The translations under genes were made by a program, and so were the position numbers. From a virus: a DNA stretch of 64,000 nucleotides. Location of the stretch: IMG/VR virus record IMGVR_UViG_3300034349_000008. One strand, 5' to 3'. Below, piece after piece: positions 31,978 to 41,294 of this stretch. Positions within the stretch are counted from its first letter, which is position 1. Each line of letters opens with the position of its first letter. The notes beneath the pieces were generated by a model, which did not search any database, was not told the DNA's origin, and was given only the letters and a program-made list of their open reading frames with translations.

Positions 31978-32333
31978 TGAAACTTGTAGAAGACTCAGTG
32001 ATTAATCTTAACCTGAGTATCCGTTCTGCTGATGCACTTCGTGCTTACATGGTGCTGGGTAGATCAAATGGTCATGTTCCGGGTTTTGACACAAGTCTGT
32101 ATAACAAACTTGCTGAATCACTCGATGTAGACTCCCATCATCAACGGGGAATGCTTCATGAGCTTGGTCGTGCCGAACTTGGTACAATTAATTATATCAG
32201 TATCCAATCCGAAGTTGAGACGTTGTTCTTTGGTGATAATGCCAAACGTAACGAACTTGCTGAAAAAGTAGCTGAGCTTAAAAAGATTCAAGACGAAGTA
32301 GATGCTCTAAAACTTGAACTGGGAGAAGTGTAA
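31977..32333 (+). CDS. Hypothetical protein (118 aa)
   Basis: ATG 31977 forms a TAATG overlap with the upstream stop. In frame with track ORF 31914..32333. Confidence 0.55.
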   Translation: MKLVEDSVINLNLSIRSADALRAYMVLGRSNGHVPGFDTSLYNKLAESLDVDSHHQRGMLHELGRAELGTINYISIQSEVETLFFGDNAKRNELAEKVAELKKIQDEVDALKLELGEV

Positions 32334-32770
32334 TGCCAAGTCGTCAAAACCTGATTAACCGAATTATCTCTGGTGATTTGATGAGTCGTGAAGATCAAAT
32401 CAGCGAGTTCAATCAGTATCAGAATGATGAACGTGATGATGATTACAACCTCATCATCACACCAATGCCTGAGAACATTCATATCTTTCATTCGTATTAC
32501 TCGTATGAAGACTACAACGGTTATGGTTACCTTTGGGGTTATGACTCTGATCGTGATGTGTTCTTCTACAACTCTGGTAGTCATTGCTCTTGCTATGGTC
32601 TAGAAGGTCAGTGGGATATCGAAGATCATACTTACGAAGAGATGGTTAACTACATCGAACGTCAGATTGAGAACGACAAAGATGAAGAAGTTCGTGAGTC
32701 TTATGGTTATGATTCTGTTAAAGCAGAAGGTCGTGTTGAACTGTTGAAAATCATTTTGGGAGAAGTATAA
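32333..32770 (+). CDS. Hypothetical protein (145 aa)
   Basis: Track ORF. TAATG overlap. Confidence 0.55.
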   Translation: MPSRQNLINRIISGDLMSREDQISEFNQYQNDERDDDYNLIITPMPENIHIFHSYYSYEDYNGYGYLWGYDSDRDVFFYNSGSHCSCYGLEGQWDIEDHTYEEMVNYIERQIENDKDEEVRESYGYDSVKAEGRVELLKIILGEV

Positions 32771-33051
32771 TGTCGGTAACACTGGCTGAAAAGTTTCAGA
32801 AGTTTGATTCTGAGAATCCGGGTGTTTACTTCCTGTTCAAGCGGTTTGCAAATGATCTGATTAAGATTGGTCGCAAGAAGCTGAGTGCTGCACTGATTGT
32901 TGAGCGCATTCGTTGGGAAGTAAATATCAGTACTGTATCTGACGATGTGTTTAAGCTGAGCAACAACCACACAGCTTTCTATGCTCGTAAGTTTATGGAC
33001 GATCATCCTGAAAATGGTGAAATCTTTCGAACCCGTACACAACAAGTTTAA
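32770..33051 (+). CDS. Hypothetical protein (93 aa)
   Basis: Track ORF. TAATG overlap. Confidence 0.55.
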   Translation: MSVTLAEKFQKFDSENPGVYFLFKRFANDLIKIGRKKLSAALIVERIRWEVNISTVSDDVFKLSNNHTAFYARKFMDDHPENGEIFRTRTQQV

Positions 33052-33062
33052 AAGGAGATAAC

Positions 33063-33212
33063 ATGAAAAAGAAGTATGCATATCAAGTAGGTGGTGTAGC
33101 TGTAGCAACTCGTGAGGCTGCACGTATCGTACAACGTAGCTATCGTGACACTGGCGCTAACCCTGTTCCACGAATCACCCAGAAGATCATTGTAGAGCGC
33201 ATCGTACGATGA
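33063..33212 (+). CDS. Hypothetical small basic protein (49 aa)
   Basis: Hand translation MKKKYAYQVGGVAVATREAARIVQRSYRD... AAGGAG upstream. ATGA overlap downstream. Confidence 0.45.
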   Translation: MKKKYAYQVGGVAVATREAARIVQRSYRDTGANPVPRITQKIIVERIVR

Positions 33213-33496
33213 AACTGACACGTGAACAAACAAAATACCTTTGGCGTGAAGAAGGTAGTGAAGAACTTGACTTGGTTCTTCATGAAGAGGGTGACTGGGA
33301 TGTTGATTACAAATGGCAACACATGACAAACATCTACTTTCAAGAAGGCACAGGTAAGTACTTCGAAATGACTGTAAGTCGTAGTGGTAGTCCATTCAGT
33401 GACTGGTATTACAGTTATGAAGATGACGGTGCTAATCTTAACGAAGTCAAGTTGGTAGAGAAAGTAACAGTTGTCAAATCATGGGAGAGTGTGTAA
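33209..33496 (+). CDS. Hypothetical protein (95 aa)
   Basis: Track ORF. Confidence 0.55.
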   Translation: MKLTREQTKYLWREEGSEELDLVLHEEGDWDVDYKWQHMTNIYFQEGTGKYFEMTVSRSGSPFSDWYYSYEDDGANLNEVKLVEKVTVVKSWESV

Positions 33497-33783
33497 TGAA
33501 GGTTTTCTTTAACGTAACACTTACCCTGATCAGCATGGTATTGCAATTGATCCTGTTGACATCCTTGTGGGGTTGGTTTGTTGTTCCACTTGGTGTTGTC
33601 TCAATCGGTTACGCTCATGCATTTGGTTTGAATCTGTTGCTTACGTACTTCCAAATTCGCAATCCAAGAGTATTCAAGCCTGATCTGTTGATTGAACGTA
33701 CATATGGTAAAAAGATCAGCAACAACATCTTTATCATGTTGACTGCTCTTCTGCTTGGCTACATCGCCTCATCTTTGATGTAA
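33496..33783 (+). CDS. Multi-TMD membrane protein (95 aa)
   Basis: ATG 33496 (TAATG overlap). Three hydrophobic segments. Confidence 0.55.
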   Translation: MKVFFNVTLTLISMVLQLILLTSLWGWFVVPLGVVSIGYAHAFGLNLLLTYFQIRNPRVFKPDLLIERTYGKKISNNIFIMLTALLLGYIASSLM

Positions 33784-33800
33784 AAAGATTCAAAAAGTGG

Positions 33801-33829
33801 TTGACAACAGCCTTCCACTTCTGTATAAT
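33801..33829 (+). promoter_or_regulatory. Consensus sigma70 promoter (TTGACA-17-TATAAT) for the SSB gene
   Basis: TTGACA 33801-06, TATAAT 33824-29. About 90-nt leader with TCTACAC/GTGTAGA hairpin. Confidence 0.7.
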
Positions 33830-33925
33830 GTGCGATCTACACTGATGAAAAGGTGTAGAAATGCACAAACAAATCTGCTGCCATCATACAGCACAAATGA
33901 AAATCCGCAAAAGGAAATTTAAAAC

Positions 33926-34954
33926 ATGGCTAAGAAATTCGTATTTAATGCACCAGCACCTACTTCCAACCCAGAAACCTCTAACATCGACTTCGACGCT
34001 CTGTCCAAGCATGTTGTTGAAGCAGTTGGTTGTGCTGATAAACCAGAAGCATTGATTGGTATTGTTTCCGGTGTTATCGACTTGGGTCTGCAAGCACAAG
34101 AAGATGCCAAAATGGAATGGAAAGGTACTGATGCTGAGAAAGCTGAAGTAGAAGCCAAAGCTGCTCGTGGTGAATCTAAAGAATACTTCGAAGTTGTACC
34201 ACATGGTCAAAACAATGTACCAACTCTGTGCAAACGCTGGCCTGTAAAAGCACAACGTTGTGTTGCACTCACTGTTGATTTCCCTGACACTTTGGTAAAC
34301 CGTGGTCAGTTCTTTGATGAGAACAAAGTTGGTGAAGACCTTCCTTTCCGTGGTTTGCTGAACAACGAGTTCGGTCAGAAAGGTGTTGGTAAGGTTGTTG
34401 GTAAGCCATACAGTCTGCGTGAACAGCGTAATGACGATGGTACTTGGGGCTTTAAGAACAACACTATCTTGTTCAAACTGGCACAAGCAACCAATCAACT
34501 GGATGCACAAGGTAACTTCAAACCAGCAAGGTTGGGTAACTTGATTGGTGAAGCTGCAATGTTTAACGTTCATGTCTACCTGAATGAGCACGCTGGTAAG
34601 AACTACCTGAATGAGAAGTTGGCATTCAATGGTCCAGTTCCTAAAGCAATGCAGAAGATGATCCCAGTACTGGATGAGAAGTTCATGTACATGGTTAACT
34701 TCAAAGGTGAACAAGACCTTGACGTACTGAAGACTCTGCGTCAGTCGGTAATCAATACGATGAAACAGGCTGAAGACTTCGAAGGTAGTGATGTACAGAA
34801 AGCACTGATTGAAATCGGTAAAGTTAAAGTTGGTGATGGTCAAGCACAAGGTGCTGATAAGCCACAACAGGCTACTCCTCAACAGGCACGGCCACAAGCT
34901 GAACCTACTCCACCGTTGGACTTTGATAACTTCGATGATGACGTGCCATTTTAA
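33926..34954 (+). CDS. Single-stranded DNA-binding protein (phage type, acidic C-terminal tail)
   Basis: 342 aa. C-terminus LDFDNFDDDVPF mimics the SSB DDDIPF tail. Own consensus promoter. Lies in the replication module. Confidence 0.6.
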   Translation: MAKKFVFNAPAPTSNPETSNIDFDALSKHVVEAVGCADKPEALIGIVSGVIDLGLQAQEDAKMEWKGTDAEKAEVEAKAARGESKEYFEVVPHGQNNVPTLCKRWPVKAQRCVALTVDFPDTLVNRGQFFDENKVGEDLPFRGLLNNEFGQKGVGKVVGKPYSLREQRNDDGTWGFKNNTILFKLAQATNQLDAQGNFKPARLGNLIGEAAMFNVHVYLNEHAGKNYLNEKLAFNGPVPKAMQKMIPVLDEKFMYMVNFKGEQDLDVLKTLRQSVINTMKQAEDFEGSDVQKALIEIGKVKVGDGQAQGADKPQQATPQQARPQAEPTPPLDFDNFDDDVPF

Positions 34955-35023
34955 TTTGGTATAAGAAGTTATTTTGATATACCGGGTTGTCATAAGGCAA
35001 CCCATTCATTCTGGAGAGAATAA

Positions 35024-35212
35024 ATGACAGTTAAAACATGTATTGTAATGGGTCATTTTGAGTTAGGTTCTACTGACGGTGTTGTATTTGAAAGTGCAGT
35101 ATTTGGTTATTCATGCAACTATGATAGTGCACACTCTTTCATACAAGCTGTTCGTGATAGCCATCACAAGATCGGTAGTAAACTTACAATCACAAATGTA
35201 ATTATTGGATAA
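35024..35212 (+). CDS. Hypothetical protein (62 aa)
   Basis: Track ORF. GGAG upstream. Confidence 0.5.
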   Translation: MTVKTCIVMGHFELGSTDGVVFESAVFGYSCNYDSAHSFIQAVRDSHHKIGSKLTITNVIIG

Positions 35213-35222
35213 GGAGAAACAA

Positions 35223-35528
35223 ATGAGTCAACAAGATATGTTTGGTGAAGAAGAACAAGTTGAGCGTTTCACTCTTAATGAAGAGCAAGCGTTTGAACGA
35301 CTGATTGTTCTTAACCGTGCACTCAATGTAACTAAGGCTGATATCAAGCAACTGTTGTCTGATATTAAATACCACAAAGATGAAAACCCAAAAGGTATCC
35401 CCGGTCCTGAAGTTAAAAAGATTGCAGCATCTGCTGTTCGATATGCCGCTGCTGACTATGAAGAGAAAAAGAGTGCAGCACTTGAGCTTTTCTCCAAGTA
35501 TGAAGAACTTACCAACTACAATGACTGA
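35223..35528 (+). CDS. Hypothetical helical protein (101 aa)
   Basis: ATG 35223 after AAGGAG, in frame with track ORF 35205..35528. Faint resemblance to GapR/DUF2312-like layout (DIK..K...G....KKIA). Not a confident call. Confidence 0.5.
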   Translation: MSQQDMFGEEEQVERFTLNEEQAFERLIVLNRALNVTKADIKQLLSDIKYHKDENPKGIPGPEVKKIAASAVRYAAADYEEKKSAALELFSKYEELTNYND

Positions 35529-35568
35529 TCGGGTTATCAGTTCTGTAGAGACAATTTGAATCTAATTA

Positions 35569-35592
35569 GCCCGCCATTGTGCGGGCTTTTTG
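35569..35592 (+). terminator. Rho-independent terminator
   Basis: GCCCGC/GCGGGC stem followed by TTTTT. Confidence 0.75.
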
Positions 35593-35610
35593 TTATCTGG
35601 AGTAAAGTAA

Positions 35611-35928
35611 ATGGCTGATTACGATGCAATGTTGTATGTTGGGATTTATGCTGGTGATTCAAAAGATGACGCTGAGCAATACCTTATCGCAAAAGGTTTA
35701 CTGAAACCAACTGAACTAGAAGTTATTTATGGTGATGACATTCAATCATTGTCAGATATGGGATTCCCACTGAATGTTCAATGTGAGAACTACTATTCTG
35801 GTCGTGGTTGGTATGTTGGATATGAAACATCACCTGAATCATATCAGCAGTTTGATCGTATGAAAGCGGAATTCAAAAAGCTTACTGGTGATGATGCTGA
35901 AGTTTTGTCGTTCACACAGGTTAGTTAA
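35611..35928 (+). CDS. Hypothetical protein (105 aa)
   Basis: Track ORF. GGAG upstream. Confidence 0.55.
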   Translation: MADYDAMLYVGIYAGDSKDDAEQYLIAKGLLKPTELEVIYGDDIQSLSDMGFPLNVQCENYYSGRGWYVGYETSPESYQQFDRMKAEFKKLTGDDAEVLSFTQVS

Positions 35929-35939
35929 GGAGGAAGTAA

Positions 35940-36119
35940 ATGTATACAGTTTGGTGTGAGTGGGATATTGGGATTGAGGGTAAGGTGTTTGCAACTGAGG
36001 AAGTTGCCATTAAGCACGCAAACGAAAATCTGGAGGCATGTGGTATTGATGAACAGTATGACGAATTGCGTGCTGAAGGTTTGATTGGTTTAGATTCAGT
36101 GGAGATTTATTATGAGTGA
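35940..36119 (+). CDS. Hypothetical small acidic protein (59 aa)
   Basis: Hand translation MYTVWCEWDIGIEGKVFATEEVAIKH... AAGGAGGAAG upstream. Overlaps the next start. Confidence 0.45.
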   Translation: MYTVWCEWDIGIEGKVFATEEVAIKHANENLEACGIDEQYDELRAEGLIGLDSVEIYYE

Positions 36120-36363
36120 CATTCGTTTAGTTGACGGGGTTGTAATTATTCCCGCATCTAACATTGTCAAGTTCGCATTCAACATGGCTGAATGCATTGA
36201 TGGGTACAAGACATGGGAAGAAATGGAAAGTTGGCATCAGGCTGAAATTAATCTCAAATATGGTCGTTACACTGAGAAAGAATACGAAGAAGTTCCTCAG
36301 TTCGAAATTGATCGATATGAACAAATGATTATTGAACTAAAAGAGGAATATGGAGATGAGTAA
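36112..36363 (+). CDS. Hypothetical acidic protein (83 aa)
   Basis: Track ORF. Confidence 0.55.
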   Translation: MSDIRLVDGVVIIPASNIVKFAFNMAECIDGYKTWEEMESWHQAEINLKYGRYTEKEYEEVPQFEIDRYEQMIIELKEEYGDE

Positions 36364-37360
36364 TCCAACACATGCGGTCGTCGATCTTGATGCATTCAAA
36401 TATGCAGCAGCTTATGTAGGTGAGAAGAAAAGTATTCGTGCAACTCTTCGTGGTGACACAAGTAAGACATTCGAAGCAAAGAGCCGTACAGCCTTCTGGG
36501 GACATCACAAGAAGAAAGCTGGTGGTATCCTTGCAGAAGAGAATATAAAGCGTGAGAGTCCATGGCTCCCAGAAGACTTTGATATCGAAGACATTTCTAC
36601 TCCTGAACCAATCCAGAACGTCCTGCATACAGCCAAAGTAATGGTTGATGAAATCCTTGTTAAGTCTGGTGCGAAGACCTATGAAATGTACATGGGTAAA
36701 GGTGATAGTCAACGTGTTGAATGGAGTACGTTACTGAAGTACAAAGGTAATCGTGATAACTTGGTTAAGCCTTTCCACTTGGACGAAGTTAGTAACTACC
36801 TTGAACGTCGTTACAAAGCTGAAATCATTACTGACCGTGAAGCTGATGACATGTGTGTTATCCGTGCATACAAGCAGGCTAATCACTTTGTAATCGGTGA
36901 GGATAAAGACTATTGGGGTTCACCAGTTAACTACTACGACATCAACCGTACACATCGTGGTATTGTAAACTGTGACAAGCTTGGTACTTTGTTTAAGGAT
37001 GACAAAAAGATTGTTCGTGGTGAAGGTCGTATGCACTTGTACTATCAGATCATTAGTCAGGATGACGTAGACAACTATAAAGCAAACTGCTTCAGTGATA
37101 TTGAGTGGGGAAGTGTTAGTGCTTTCAATACTCTTGTTGACTGTAAGACTGACAAAGAATGCTTTGAAGCAATGGTTCATACATTCAAACATCTGTATCC
37201 TGAAAAGAAAGTTGTCACTGGCTGGCGTGGTGATGAGATTGAAATTGATTGGTTGTATGTTTTCCAAGAGATGTTTGATATGGCTCACATGCAGCGTACA
37301 CTAGATGATCAACGAGTGAATGTGAAAGCAGCACTTGACCGCATGGGAGTAGCTTATTAA
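36350..37360 (+). CDS. 5'-3' exonuclease / flap endonuclease (PIN-like FEN family)
   Basis: AVVDLDAFKY near the N-terminus, then DREADDMCVIRAY and VIGEDKDYWG, which resemble the acidic metal-site motifs of T5 D15 / T7 gp6-type nucleases. Confidence 0.6.
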   Translation: MEMSNPTHAVVDLDAFKYAAAYVGEKKSIRATLRGDTSKTFEAKSRTAFWGHHKKKAGGILAEENIKRESPWLPEDFDIEDISTPEPIQNVLHTAKVMVDEILVKSGAKTYEMYMGKGDSQRVEWSTLLKYKGNRDNLVKPFHLDEVSNYLERRYKAEIITDREADDMCVIRAYKQANHFVIGEDKDYWGSPVNYYDINRTHRGIVNCDKLGTLFKDDKKIVRGEGRMHLYYQIISQDDVDNYKANCFSDIEWGSVSAFNTLVDCKTDKECFEAMVHTFKHLYPEKKVVTGWRGDEIEIDWLYVFQEMFDMAHMQRTLDDQRVNVKAALDRMGVAY

Positions 37361-37578
37361 TGGCTAAGTGGTTTTGTTCTAGTGACCCTTCAGTGGGTCA
37401 AATCTCTGAAAAGGATTATGGAGTAAGGCGTGCAATTGAGCGCGTTATGGAGAAGTACACAATAGATATGGAGAACTATTCATATTACGGTTCCAACATG
37501 GGTGTGTCTGAAAACGATTATGAAGAAATTGCTGAAGAAGTAATGGACGTACTTGAACTATGGGAGAAAGATCAATGA
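37360..37578 (+). CDS. Hypothetical acidic protein (72 aa)
   Basis: Track ORF. TAATG overlap. Confidence 0.5.
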   Translation: MAKWFCSSDPSVGQISEKDYGVRRAIERVMEKYTIDMENYSYYGSNMGVSENDYEEIAEEVMDVLELWEKDQ

Positions 37579-37775
37579 GTAAGAAAGTTTATGGGTATGT
37601 GATCATCAATAGTGAGACGGGTGAACAATGGAATGCTGATGTATACGCTGGTAAAGCTGGTGCTGCCAGTTCTTATAACCATCATTACAACAGTCATTGG
37701 CAACGTGAGAATCGTCACAAGTTTGCAGACCAGACATTGTGGGTAAGAAAGCCCTTGGTATTGGGCGATGACTGA
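37575..37775 (+). CDS. Hypothetical protein (66 aa)
   Basis: ATG 37575 (ATGA overlap, GGGAGAAAG upstream), in frame with track ORF 37560..37775. Confidence 0.5.
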   Translation: MSKKVYGYVIINSETGEQWNADVYAGKAGAASSYNHHYNSHWQRENRHKFADQTLWVRKPLVLGDD

Positions 37776-38325
37776 ACCAGTAAAGATGTGGGAACTGTAT
37801 CCTGAGTTCTGGAAGACAGAAAGTGCTTTCCTTTCGTTCATTCGTGGTGGCATTCGTCGCCACCTTTGGTCAAAGAATCCTGTAAAGCTTCAGTTCATGA
37901 AAGAGAATCGTGTTAAGATGGTAAACACCAATCCACGAAGCATGAAAGCTCATCCAATGGTTTGGGGTTTCAAATGTGAGCAATGTCTAAAGACTTTTGC
38001 TGGTGGTAATTGTGAAGTTGACCACAAGACCGGTGAGCATTCATTGAAGACTGTAACTGACATCCAGAAGTTTGTTGAAGGTATTGTATTCGTTCGTAAA
38101 GAAGACCTTGCACTTCTGTGTAAACCGTGTCATAAGGTAAAGACACATGCTGAACGCTACGGTTTGTCGATCAAGGAAGCGATGGCAGCTAAGCAAGCCA
38201 TTGAAAAGAATAAAGAAAGTGTGAAAAATGTGGTTGCGTTCCTTACCGAACATGGGTATAATGCGCACAAGACGAAAGAAGGGCGACGTGCCCAACTGGT
38301 TGATCACTTCATGAAGGAGAGTTAG
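37768..38325 (+). CDS. HNH endonuclease (free-standing)
   Basis: CEQC...CEVDHKTGEH...LCKPCHKVKTH gives the Cys4/HNH arrangement. Confidence 0.7.
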   Translation: MTEPVKMWELYPEFWKTESAFLSFIRGGIRRHLWSKNPVKLQFMKENRVKMVNTNPRSMKAHPMVWGFKCEQCLKTFAGGNCEVDHKTGEHSLKTVTDIQKFVEGIVFVRKEDLALLCKPCHKVKTHAERYGLSIKEAMAAKQAIEKNKESVKNVVAFLTEHGYNAHKTKEGRRAQLVDHFMKES

Positions 38326-38326
38326 T

Positions 38327-38503
38327 ATGTTGGTTAAACTTGTAAAACTCAGCAAGCATTACCCAAATGATGCAACTGTAACTGTCGGAAAACTTTATGC
38401 TTGTGCTGGTGTGGATCGTGATGGTGATGTGAAGATCATTGATGATCTTGGTGAAACATCATTCTTGTTCAAAGGTGAATATGAGGTAGTTACAAATGAC
38501 TGA
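38327..38503 (+). CDS. Small SH3-like family protein (58 aa), tandem paralogue of 38496..38687
   Basis: Hand translation MLVKLVKLSKHYPNDATVTVGKLYACAGVDRDGDVKIIDDLGETSFLFKGEYEVVTND. Aligns with the next ORF. Confidence 0.45.
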   Translation: MLVKLVKLSKHYPNDATVTVGKLYACAGVDRDGDVKIIDDLGETSFLFKGEYEVVTND

Positions 38504-38687
38504 GAAATTCAAAGTACGTGTTATCAAAATTGATGAGCACCAACCCGGTGATCAGGGTTTCACAATCGGTAAAGTCTATGAAGCCTCTGGTCTGGTTGAC
38601 CATATAATGGCGATTGATGTTGTGGATGATACAGGTGATATTTCAGCGTTGTTCGAAGGTGAGTGGGAGCGTGTAGATGCTGAATGA
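38496..38687 (+). CDS. Small SH3-like family protein (63 aa)
   Basis: FTIGKVYEASGLVDHIMAIDVVDDTGDISALFEGEWERV parallels the preceding ORF. Confidence 0.55.
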   Translation: MTEKFKVRVIKIDEHQPGDQGFTIGKVYEASGLVDHIMAIDVVDDTGDISALFEGEWERVDAE

Positions 38688-38895
38688 CATCCGTATTGTT
38701 TCTCTTCACAAAGACGGTGTTGAGAAGTTTCAGATTTGTCGAGTGATCTACAAAGAGAACGGGGATGTCAACTATTCTGAGAACCCTTATTCTGAGTATG
38801 ATAATCTGGAAGAGGCGTATATTTTCTTAGATCAAATGTACAAGGCGAGCTTGAAACCTCTCCTTGTTGTATTCGAAGACGGGAGTTATGAATAA
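38677..38895 (+). CDS. Hypothetical protein (72 aa)
   Basis: Track ORF. Confidence 0.5.
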   Translation: MLNDIRIVSLHKDGVEKFQICRVIYKENGDVNYSENPYSEYDNLEEAYIFLDQMYKASLKPLLVVFEDGSYE

Positions 38896-39014
38896 TGGCT
38901 AAGACAATTAACAACGTTGTTATCCAGATTGATGATGAAACATTGAAACTGCTGCTTGCAAAGATTAGCGAATTGGAACTACGTATTTCCGCTCTTGAAG
39001 GTTCAAATGAATGA
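38895..39014 (+). CDS. Hypothetical small protein (39 aa)
   Basis: Hand translation MAKTINNVVIQIDDETLKLLLAKISELELRISALEGSNE. TAATG overlap. Confidence 0.35.
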   Translation: MAKTINNVVIQIDDETLKLLLAKISELELRISALEGSNE

Positions 39015-39100
39015 GCATTCATACTTTCATGTACGTTAATACTGTGGTACAATTCGTACAGACCATGTTGGTATTCCAATACATTATCTAAGGAGAAAAG

Positions 39101-39319
39101 ATGAGTTACGCAATTTACGGTGAAAGTGAGACGTACATCCATTTGGTTACTGCCGACACTGAATCTGAAGTAGTTGATCTTTTCCTTGAAGACATCAAAA
39201 GTGTCAATCAGGAACTGAAGAACATCACGAATGTTTATGCTGTAAATCGTAATCAAGAAGCTTCTGATCTTGAACGGTATATTGAATCGATGATTAAGGA
39301 GGCAAACAATGTCGCCTGA
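39101..39319 (+). CDS. Hypothetical acidic protein (72 aa)
   Basis: AAGGAG upstream. TGGTACAAT extended -10-like element at about 39043-51. Confidence 0.55.
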   Translation: MSYAIYGESETYIHLVTADTESEVVDLFLEDIKSVNQELKNITNVYAVNRNQEASDLERYIESMIKEANNVA

Positions 39320-39470
39320 TAAACGAAGTGCTTTGATTGATTGCATTTCTAATCTGAAAGACGCACTAGATTCACTGGATATTGTAGATGATGATGACTT
39401 TAACATCGCAACCCATTGGGCTATCAAGGATGTAATTGACGATATTGAAATTGAATTGGAGGCTGAATGA
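39309..39470 (+). CDS. Hypothetical small acidic protein (53 aa)
   Basis: Hand translation MSPDKRSALIDCISNLKDALDSLDIVDDDD... ATGA overlap with the next gene. Confidence 0.4.
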   Translation: MSPDKRSALIDCISNLKDALDSLDIVDDDDFNIATHWAIKDVIDDIEIELEAE

Positions 39471-40399
39471 TTAAGTTTGATAAAGAGTGGCATAAAGCAG
39501 CATTGGAACTTCGTGGTTATGGTTTCAGTAGTCGTCGCATTGCTGAGAGTCTTGAGGTAGGTAAGAGCACTGTAAACGATTTCTTCAAGAAAGTAGATTC
39601 TGGACTAACTGTTCTAGAGGGTGAATACATTCCCAAAGGACCACGTATCCTGATTTACGATATCGAAACAGCACCTATCCTTGCACATGTTTGGAAGCTG
39701 TGGGATAATAACGTTGGTCTGAATCAGATTGAATCAGATTGGTACATTATGTCTGTTGCTGCCAAGTGGCTTGGTGAAGACGAAGTATTCTATTGGGATC
39801 AGAAAGATATATTCCCAATGGAAGATGATACATACCTGCTTTCCAAACTATGGTCTTTGCTGAACGAAGCTGACATCGTTATTGGTCAGAACGTTAAGCG
39901 ATTTGACACAAAGAAAGTGAATGCTCGCTTTGTTCTCAATGGTTTCCCTAAACCAAGTAGCTATCGTCAAATTGACACAATGATCATTGCTAAAGAGCAA
40001 TTTGGTTTTACTTCTAATAAGCTGGAATACATGACTGATAAGTTGTGTCCAGAACATAAGAAGAGCAAACACAAAGAGTTCCCCGGTCATGAACTGTGGG
40101 CAGAATGCTTGAAAGGCAATCCAAAAGCATGGGATGAAATGAAGTCGTATAACATTGACGACATCCATGGTACTGAAGCTTTGTACAACGTATTGTCTTC
40201 GTGGGATAGTAAGTTGCCTAACTTCGACGTATATGTTGATGAGTTGCTGGATATGTCTGAGTGGGTTGAAGATGGTTTTGTACATACCAACTTGGCTAAG
40301 TACAAGCGGTATCGCAACATCAAGACTGGTGTTCAACGTCGTAGTCGTGTAAACGAATTGACGAAAGAGAAACGTCAACAACTGCTGGCTAACATTTAA
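39467..40399 (+). CDS. DEDD 3'-5' exonuclease (PolB-exo-like) with N-terminal HTH
   Basis: RRIAESLEVGKSTVNDFF HTH. Exo motifs ILIYDIET, GQNVKRFD, YNIDD. Confidence 0.65.
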   Translation: MIKFDKEWHKAALELRGYGFSSRRIAESLEVGKSTVNDFFKKVDSGLTVLEGEYIPKGPRILIYDIETAPILAHVWKLWDNNVGLNQIESDWYIMSVAAKWLGEDEVFYWDQKDIFPMEDDTYLLSKLWSLLNEADIVIGQNVKRFDTKKVNARFVLNGFPKPSSYRQIDTMIIAKEQFGFTSNKLEYMTDKLCPEHKKSKHKEFPGHELWAECLKGNPKAWDEMKSYNIDDIHGTEALYNVLSSWDSKLPNFDVYVDELLDMSEWVEDGFVHTNLAKYKRYRNIKTGVQRRSRVNELTKEKRQQLLANI

Positions 40400-40411
40400 T
40401 TAGGAGTGAAT

Positions 40412-40636
40412 ATGAAAAGTGTATTTCTTGGTACAAACGGTCGTCAAATCGTAATCGGTAGCACTGTTACTCTGTTTGATAACAGTAGTTGGACTGATAT
40501 CAATGGTGATGAATACCCACTGGGTCTTAGTCTGACTGTTATTGATGATCTTGAAACAACTCATCGATATATTAATGTTGAAAACTCTACTATTGAGTTT
40601 GCTGGTGTTGCAACAAACAACCTTGATTTCATCTAA
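40412..40636 (+). CDS. Small SH3-like family protein (74 aa)
   Basis: AGGAG upstream of ATG 40412. VIGSTVTLF..LTVIDDLE..NNLDFI. Confidence 0.5.
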   Translation: MKSVFLGTNGRQIVIGSTVTLFDNSSWTDINGDEYPLGLSLTVIDDLETTHRYINVENSTIEFAGVATNNLDFI

Positions 40637-40645
40637 GAGGTATAA

Positions 40646-40858
40646 ATGCAATCTAAACGTCAGAGTTTGAAAGAGACACTGACTAACACATTCGTTGGCA
40701 TGGCTGGTAGTTTTATGATTACCATGCTGTGTCTGGAAGTGTTAACAGATAAATTCGCAATTGGTGTAGTAACTACATTACTTTGCACGCTATGGAGTAT
40801 CGGTCGTGGTTATACAATCCGTCGTTATTTCAACAAACAGAAAGGAGAGAAAGTTTGA
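40646..40858 (+). CDS. Two-TMD membrane protein (70 aa)
   Basis: Track ORF. AGAGG upstream. Confidence 0.55.
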   Translation: MQSKRQSLKETLTNTFVGMAGSFMITMLCLEVLTDKFAIGVVTTLLCTLWSIGRGYTIRRYFNKQKGEKV

Positions 40859-41043
40859 TTTATTATGAAGTTGTGGAAGATGTTGGTGATGGGTATGCTG
40901 CCAATCGACGCTTCCGTACAATGGTTGAAGCTGAAGCGTATGTTGAAAAGGTAAATGATAGCAACACTGACTGTGCTTGTATGAACGGTGTAGACACAAT
41001 CGATACAGATTCACCAAACTTTTATCATAAGGATGACGAATAA
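40855..41043 (+). CDS. Hypothetical acidic protein (62 aa, TTG start)
   Basis: TTG 40855 preceded by AAAGGAGAG. In frame with track ORF 40783..41043, whose upstream part overlaps the previous gene. Confidence 0.45.
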   Translation: MIYYEVVEDVGDGYAANRRFRTMVEAEAYVEKVNDSNTDCACMNGVDTIDTDSPNFYHKDDE

Positions 41044-41276
41044 TGACCCCTGAGAATTTCGCGTATTGGTTGAAAGGTGCAATTGAGTTGGGTAACTTCA
41101 GTACTTTTGATGAACATCAAGTTCAAGTTATTCAAGATCATTTGAATCTTGTCTTCAATAAAGTTACACCAAACTACCAAATCACACAGAGTCCGGGTAT
41201 AAAGTTACCAGTAATTACTGACACCACGTTTCAAAATAAACAGTTTGATCTTAATAGCATCAAGATCACCTGCTAA
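41043..41276 (+). CDS. Hypothetical protein (77 aa)
   Basis: Track ORF. TAATG overlap. Confidence 0.5.
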   Translation: MTPENFAYWLKGAIELGNFSTFDEHQVQVIQDHLNLVFNKVTPNYQITQSPGIKLPVITDTTFQNKQFDLNSIKITC

Positions 41277-41294
41277 TAATTTTAAGGAGAGAAT

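Noticed and set aside
33884-35005. 373-aa minus-strand ORF opposite the SSB gene
   Set aside because: It is antisense to a gene that has a consensus promoter, an SD and an SSB-type acidic tail. The antisense ORF has no expression signals.
38768-39493. 241-aa minus-strand ORF spanning several small plus-strand genes
   Set aside because: Its translation is Ser/Ile-rich and low-complexity. The plus strand carries SD-led, translationally coupled ORFs across the same interval, and all neighbours are plus-strand.
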